From the NCBI GenBank assembly GCA_964530935.1, contig CAZHCB010000001.1, positions 1 through 45,348 of the forward strand: a stretch of DNA of 45,348 nucleotides. Reading direction: 5' to 3'. Of the stretch, positions 42,306-45,348 are shown piece by piece (position 1 is the first letter of the stretch; each line of letters begins with the position of its first letter). Origin of the DNA: an uncultured Oscillospiraceae bacterium. GTDB lineage: Bacteria > Bacillota > Clostridia > Oscillospirales > Oscillospiraceae. Both the position numbers and the translations under genes were made by a program. The notes below the pieces were generated by a model that saw nothing but the letters and a program-made list of their open reading frames with translations, did no database searches and was not told where the DNA came from.

Positions 42306-43361
42306 TTATTCTGCGGTTATCTGGCTGTCGGGGGAAACAATCGCAATATATGTTTTTCCAACGCCGAGAGTTAGGGGCGTGCCATCAGCCAATGAATAGT
42401 GGAAGGTTTCACCATCGCCGGCGTGACTCCAGATTATGTCAACCATTTCGCCGTCACAGATAAAATGACCTGTGCCGGTTGCGTTCAGGGTAATGCCTCT
42501 GCGTCCGTAGCTGTCGAGCATCTGGTGCTCGGCATAGAGAACGAGAATGTTCTTAAACTGGACATCTTCACCGGTATTGCCGTCAATGTAGTTGCTGTCA
42601 AACTGTTTGGCTGAGTATGTGCCGAAGGCGTTGTATGAAAAGCTGGTGGTTTTAATGCCGCTGAAGCTTACGGTTAGTGAGTTTGCGGGAGCACCGTTCT
42701 TCATTTCAACTTTGTCAGAGAAGTTAAGACCGTAGTCAAAAGTGTCGCCCTCGTGCTCGGTTCTATAGCCCGAATCAGAAGTAGCTTTCAGTATTCTTTC
42801 ACCCGAAGTGAAGAGACTGTGCTCAGTCCCGTGAGCTGCTCTGCTGGGGTCACGATAGAAGGCGGTTCCTGAATATGCTCCGCGAACGCCGTCAATATTA
42901 TTGATATGCTTGGAGCTGATTGCCGCATAGGCATCTTCACTTCCGCCGGCATGAACGTAAATTGCGTCAAGGCTGTTGGCAATCTCTATATAATACGGAC
43001 GGGAGGAACGAATACTGCCCATAACATCAATGCCGGAAATATCCGAATAGATTGCCATCATTCTGGTGATGTCACCTTCGGCAAGAATTTCATAAATAAT
43101 ATCAGCGTCGCTAACGCTGCACTGTGGCTGAGCATAGACGATATTGTTTATCATAAATGCATAGGGACGCGTGTTTGCGGGTTCGGAATCCACCACTTCA
43201 CCGGTTAGCGGATTGCGATATACTGTGGGTTCTACTGTCGGCTCATCAACAACCGGAGATGTGTCGGTGTTTGGAGAGGGGCTTTCGGCGGCATCCGCTA
43301 GCTTTCCGCAGGCAGAAAAAATAAGTACAAAAATAAGAATGAGTGGGATTATTTTCTTCAT
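42306..43361 (-). CDS. DUF3048 domain lipoprotein
   Basis: The lipoprotein signal is MKKIIPLILIFVLIFSACG. DUF3048 blocks are YRNPLTGE, RPYAFMINNIVYAQPQ and ADIIYEILAEGDITRMMAIY. The ATG at 43361 lies behind GGAGG. Confidence 0.75.
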   Translation of the reverse strand: MKKIIPLILIFVLIFSACGKLADAAESPSPNTDTSPVVDEPTVEPTVYRNPLTGEVVDSEPANTRPYAFMINNIVYAQPQCSVSDADIIYEILAEGDITRMMAIYSDISGIDVMGSIRSSRPYYIEIANSLDAIYVHAGGSEDAYAAISSKHINNIDGVRGAYSGTAFYRDPSRAAHGTEHSLFTSGERILKATSDSGYRTEHEGDTFDYGLNFSDKVEMKNGAPANSLTVSFSGIKTTSFSYNAFGTYSAKQFDSNYIDGNTGEDVQFKNILVLYAEHQMLDSYGRRGITLNATGTGHFICDGEMVDIIWSHAGDGETFHYSLADGTPLTLGVGKTYIAIVSPDSQITAE

Positions 43362-43534
43362 AGTGACCTCCAAGGTGAGTTTCTTCTTTGATATGCACAT
43401 ATATAAAAAACACCGTAGACATACTACTACATATTGTGGTTGTTGTCAAATAAAGATTCTGGTGATAAAATAGCAATTACGGTGTTGAGTTTTTATAAAA
43501 CAAACTGCGATACGCAGGGCAGGGAAGTGCTAAA

Positions 43535-44074
43535 ATGAATCAAGAAATTTTGAAACAATCGGACTGCGCAATGAGAGAATTGCTGGATGGGGCAAGCCCA
43601 AAAGCCGGAGATATAGTGGTGGTAGGGTGTTCGTCCAGTGAAATACTCGGCGAAACTATCGGAAAAGGCTCAAGTCCGGAAGCTGCGCAAGCAGTATTAT
43701 CGGCAATTATGCCTTTGCTTCGCGAAAAGGGCCTGTACCTTGCCGCACAGTGCTGTGAACATCTCAATCGCGCGTTGGTGATTGAGCGGGAAGCGGCAGA
43801 AAAATACAATCTTGAAATAGTATCGGCAGTTCCTCAGGCAAAAGCCGGAGGCTCTTTCGCAACGGCAGCATATGCTGCGTTTTCAGAGCCTGTTTTGGTT
43901 GAGAATGTGAAAGCGGTTTGCGGTCTGGATATTGGTTGCACTCTTATTGGAATGCATCTTCGCAGTGTTGCCGTACCCCTTAGACTGCAAGCAAATCATA
44001 TTGGTTCCGCCCTGGTTTTGGCAGCCCGGACACGGCCAAAGTATATCGGTGGTGCCAGAGCTAAGTACGAATAG
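43535..44074 (+). CDS. TIGR01440/UPF0340 family protein
   Basis: The 179-aa ORF contains IVVVGCSSSEILGETIGKGSS...AAQCCEHLNRALVIE...GGSFA, typical of this family. Confidence 0.7.
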   Translation: MNQEILKQSDCAMRELLDGASPKAGDIVVVGCSSSEILGETIGKGSSPEAAQAVLSAIMPLLREKGLYLAAQCCEHLNRALVIEREAAEKYNLEIVSAVPQAKAGGSFATAAYAAFSEPVLVENVKAVCGLDIGCTLIGMHLRSVAVPLRLQANHIGSALVLAARTRPKYIGGARAKYE

Positions 44075-44122
44075 TAATTTAACACGGCAATTCATCAAAT
44101 TTGCATCAAAATTTACTCTTTT

Positions 44123-44157
44123 TTGCAGCCACTGAAAAAAAGCGGCTGCAATTTGTT
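44123..44157 (+). terminator. weak hairpin terminator after the TIGR01440 gene
   Basis: TTGCAGCC-N11-(G)CGGCTGCAA is followed by TTTGTT. Confidence 0.45.
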
Positions 44158-44250
44158 AGTAGACAGTAAATTCTCTAAATTTTAATTCAATGTTCACAAA
44201 TTCCAGTTGATTTTTTTATAAAAAACACTTAGCTTATAATCACTGTGTCA

Positions 44251-44267
44251 CACATGTAGCACATGTG
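44251..44267. promoter_or_regulatory. perfect 7-3-7 palindrome between the -10 box and the RBS of the ABC gene (candidate operator or 5' UTR hairpin)
   Basis: CACATGT-agc-ACATGTG starts 11 nt downstream of a TATAAT (44235-44240). It is flanked by a second small palindrome, GTGT-c-ACAC. Confidence 0.3.
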
Positions 44268-44287
44268 CAAGTGAAAGGAAGTTGAAG

Positions 44288-45348
44288 ATGCTTCAATTAA
44301 AAAACATATCAAAAACCTATTCCGTAGGGGACATTAAAACTGAAGCCTTAAGGGATGTCAGTTTGTCCTTTAGAGAAAAGGAGTTTGTGGCAATACTAGG
44401 GCATTCAGGTTCTGGAAAAACCACATGCCTAAATATAATAGGCGGTTTGGACAGATATGACAAAGGCGATTTAATAATTAAGGGCAAATCTACGCGGAAC
44501 TTTACGGATAAGGACTGGGATGCCTATCGCAACAACTCCGTTGGATTTGTTTTTCAGTCATATAATCTCATAACACATCTGTCAATAGTTGCCAACGTAG
44601 AAATGGCAATGACGCTCTCCGGCGTCACCCGGGCCGAACAGCACCAGCGAGCCCTTGAGGTCTTGAAAAAGGTTGGACTGGAAGATCATCTTCACAAAAA
44701 ACCGAACCAACTCTCCGGCGGTCAGATGCAGCGTGTTGCAATCGCCAGAGCGCTGGTAAACAACCCTGAAATACTACTGTGCGACGAGCCCACGGGCGCC
44801 CTGGACTCTGAAACAAGTGTTCAGATAATGGATCTGATTAAAGAAGTGGCACATGAGAGACTGGTTATCATGGTAACCCATAATGCCCAGCTTGCCGGGA
44901 CCTATGCCGACAGGATTGTAAATTTTGCTGACGGTCTCGTGGTTGCGGACAGCAACCCATATGACGGCAGCGCAAGTGAAGAAAAGTTTGCTCTGCAAAA
45001 GACCAAAATGAGCTACTTCACCGCTCTGGGTCTTTCGTTTAACAACCTGCGCACAAAATTGGGTAGAACCTTTCTGACCTGTTTTGCTTCCAGCATTGGA
45101 ATTATCGGTATTGCGGTTATTCTTAGTCTTTCAACAGGCTTCCAAAAGCAGATTGACGACTATCAGGCAGATGCCTTGTCCGAATTCCCCATTATTATTT
45201 CGCAAAGTGCCGTCGAGATGGATATGGAGAAAATGCAGGAGACCACAGAAGAAATGATGTCCATGTTCACAGACAAGGAATTTGCGGACACGGACTATGT
45301 TGCGCTGTATAATCCCGCAGACTATACTGCAATGCACACAAACATACT
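44288..45348 (+). CDS. fused ABC transporter ATP-binding protein/permease (MacB/FtsX-type), 3'-truncated by the window edge
   Basis: This ORF is not in the supplied track because it has no stop in the window. The ATG at 44288 lies behind AAAGGAAG and the frame stays open to the end. It has a Walker A (GHSGSGKTT), a signature (LSGGQMQRVAIARAL) and a Walker B (LLCDEPTGALD). The first TM of the permease part follows (FLTCFASSIGIIGIAVILSL). Confidence 0.85.
   Translation, partial: MLQLKNISKTYSVGDIKTEALRDVSLSFREKEFVAILGHSGSGKTTCLNIIGGLDRYDKGDLIIKGKSTRNFTDKDWDAYRNNSVGFVFQSYNLITHLSIVANVEMAMTLSGVTRAEQHQRALEVLKKVGLEDHLHKKPNQLSGGQMQRVAIARALVNNPEILLCDEPTGALDSETSVQIMDLIKEVAHERLVIMVTHNAQLAGTYADRIVNFADGLVVADSNPYDGSASEEKFALQKTKMSYFTALGLSFNNLRTKLGRTFLTCFASSIGIIGIAVILSLSTGFQKQIDDYQADALSEFPIIISQSAVEMDMEKMQETTEEMMSMFTDKEFADTDYVALYNPADYTAMHTNI

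Noticed and set aside
1-45348. CRISPR arrays, tandem repeats, IS elements, rRNA, and toxin-antitoxin or restriction-modification modules
   Set aside because: I read both strands and found no regularly spaced direct repeats, no transposase- or Cas-like ORFs and no rRNA-like sequence. The AbrB/MazE-fold gene is followed by an ABC ATPase, not a toxin.

Overview
This 45.3-kb chromosomal window looks like core genome from a Clostridia-class Firmicute, possibly Oscillospiraceae/Ruminococcaceae-like (taxonomy is inferred from gene content only; GC is mid-40s to ~50% by eye). I support about 52 CDS, two tRNAs (a partial tRNA-Val-UAC at the left edge and tRNA-Arg-CCU at 25180-25256), several near-consensus sigmaA promoters (TTGACA-17-TATAAT) and many hairpin/U-run terminators.

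Content is mostly housekeeping:
- hslO, a SAM methyltransferase and yerC-like
- purA
- nfeD with an SPFH/stomatin gene
- asd-dapA, and dapB
- a spoIID/lytB-like gene
- queA-tgt-yajC
- spoIIM-like and xerD
- ruvC-ruvA-ruvB-glmM
- a sigH-like sigma factor and a CxxC zinc-ribbon protein
- birA-bioY with a clear BirA operator
- pepD
- a TroA/ZnuABC-type metal importer
- a DEDDh exonuclease, uppP, ftsK/spoIIIE, mrnC, rqcH
- DUF4364-asnA, a DUF3048 lipoprotein, a TIGR01440 protein
- a fused ABC ATPase/permease that runs off the right edge and is absent from the ORF track

I found no transposase, phage gene, CRISPR array, restriction enzyme, toxin or other recognisable defence or mobile hallmark, so I cannot point to a convincing novel multi-gene system.

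The observations most worth a second look are:
1. The only broken gene in the window is a sigG-type sporulation sigma gene cut off after region 2.3. It keeps its RBS, and it abuts the tRNA-Arg promoter and a decayed tRNA-Arg look-alike.
2. A 264-aa cysteine-rich cytoplasmic protein (17 Cys) that I cannot assign to any family.
3. Between sigH and tRNA-Arg lie an orphan KamA-family radical SAM gene with a structured, terminator-containing leader, and an AbrB-headed, translationally coupled ABC-2 exporter followed by a degenerate GIY-YIG-like gene.
4. A consensus promoter with a ~190-nt structured leader upstream of the spoIID-like gene.

All functional calls come from reading the translated ORFs and motifs by eye. 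No database search was run.
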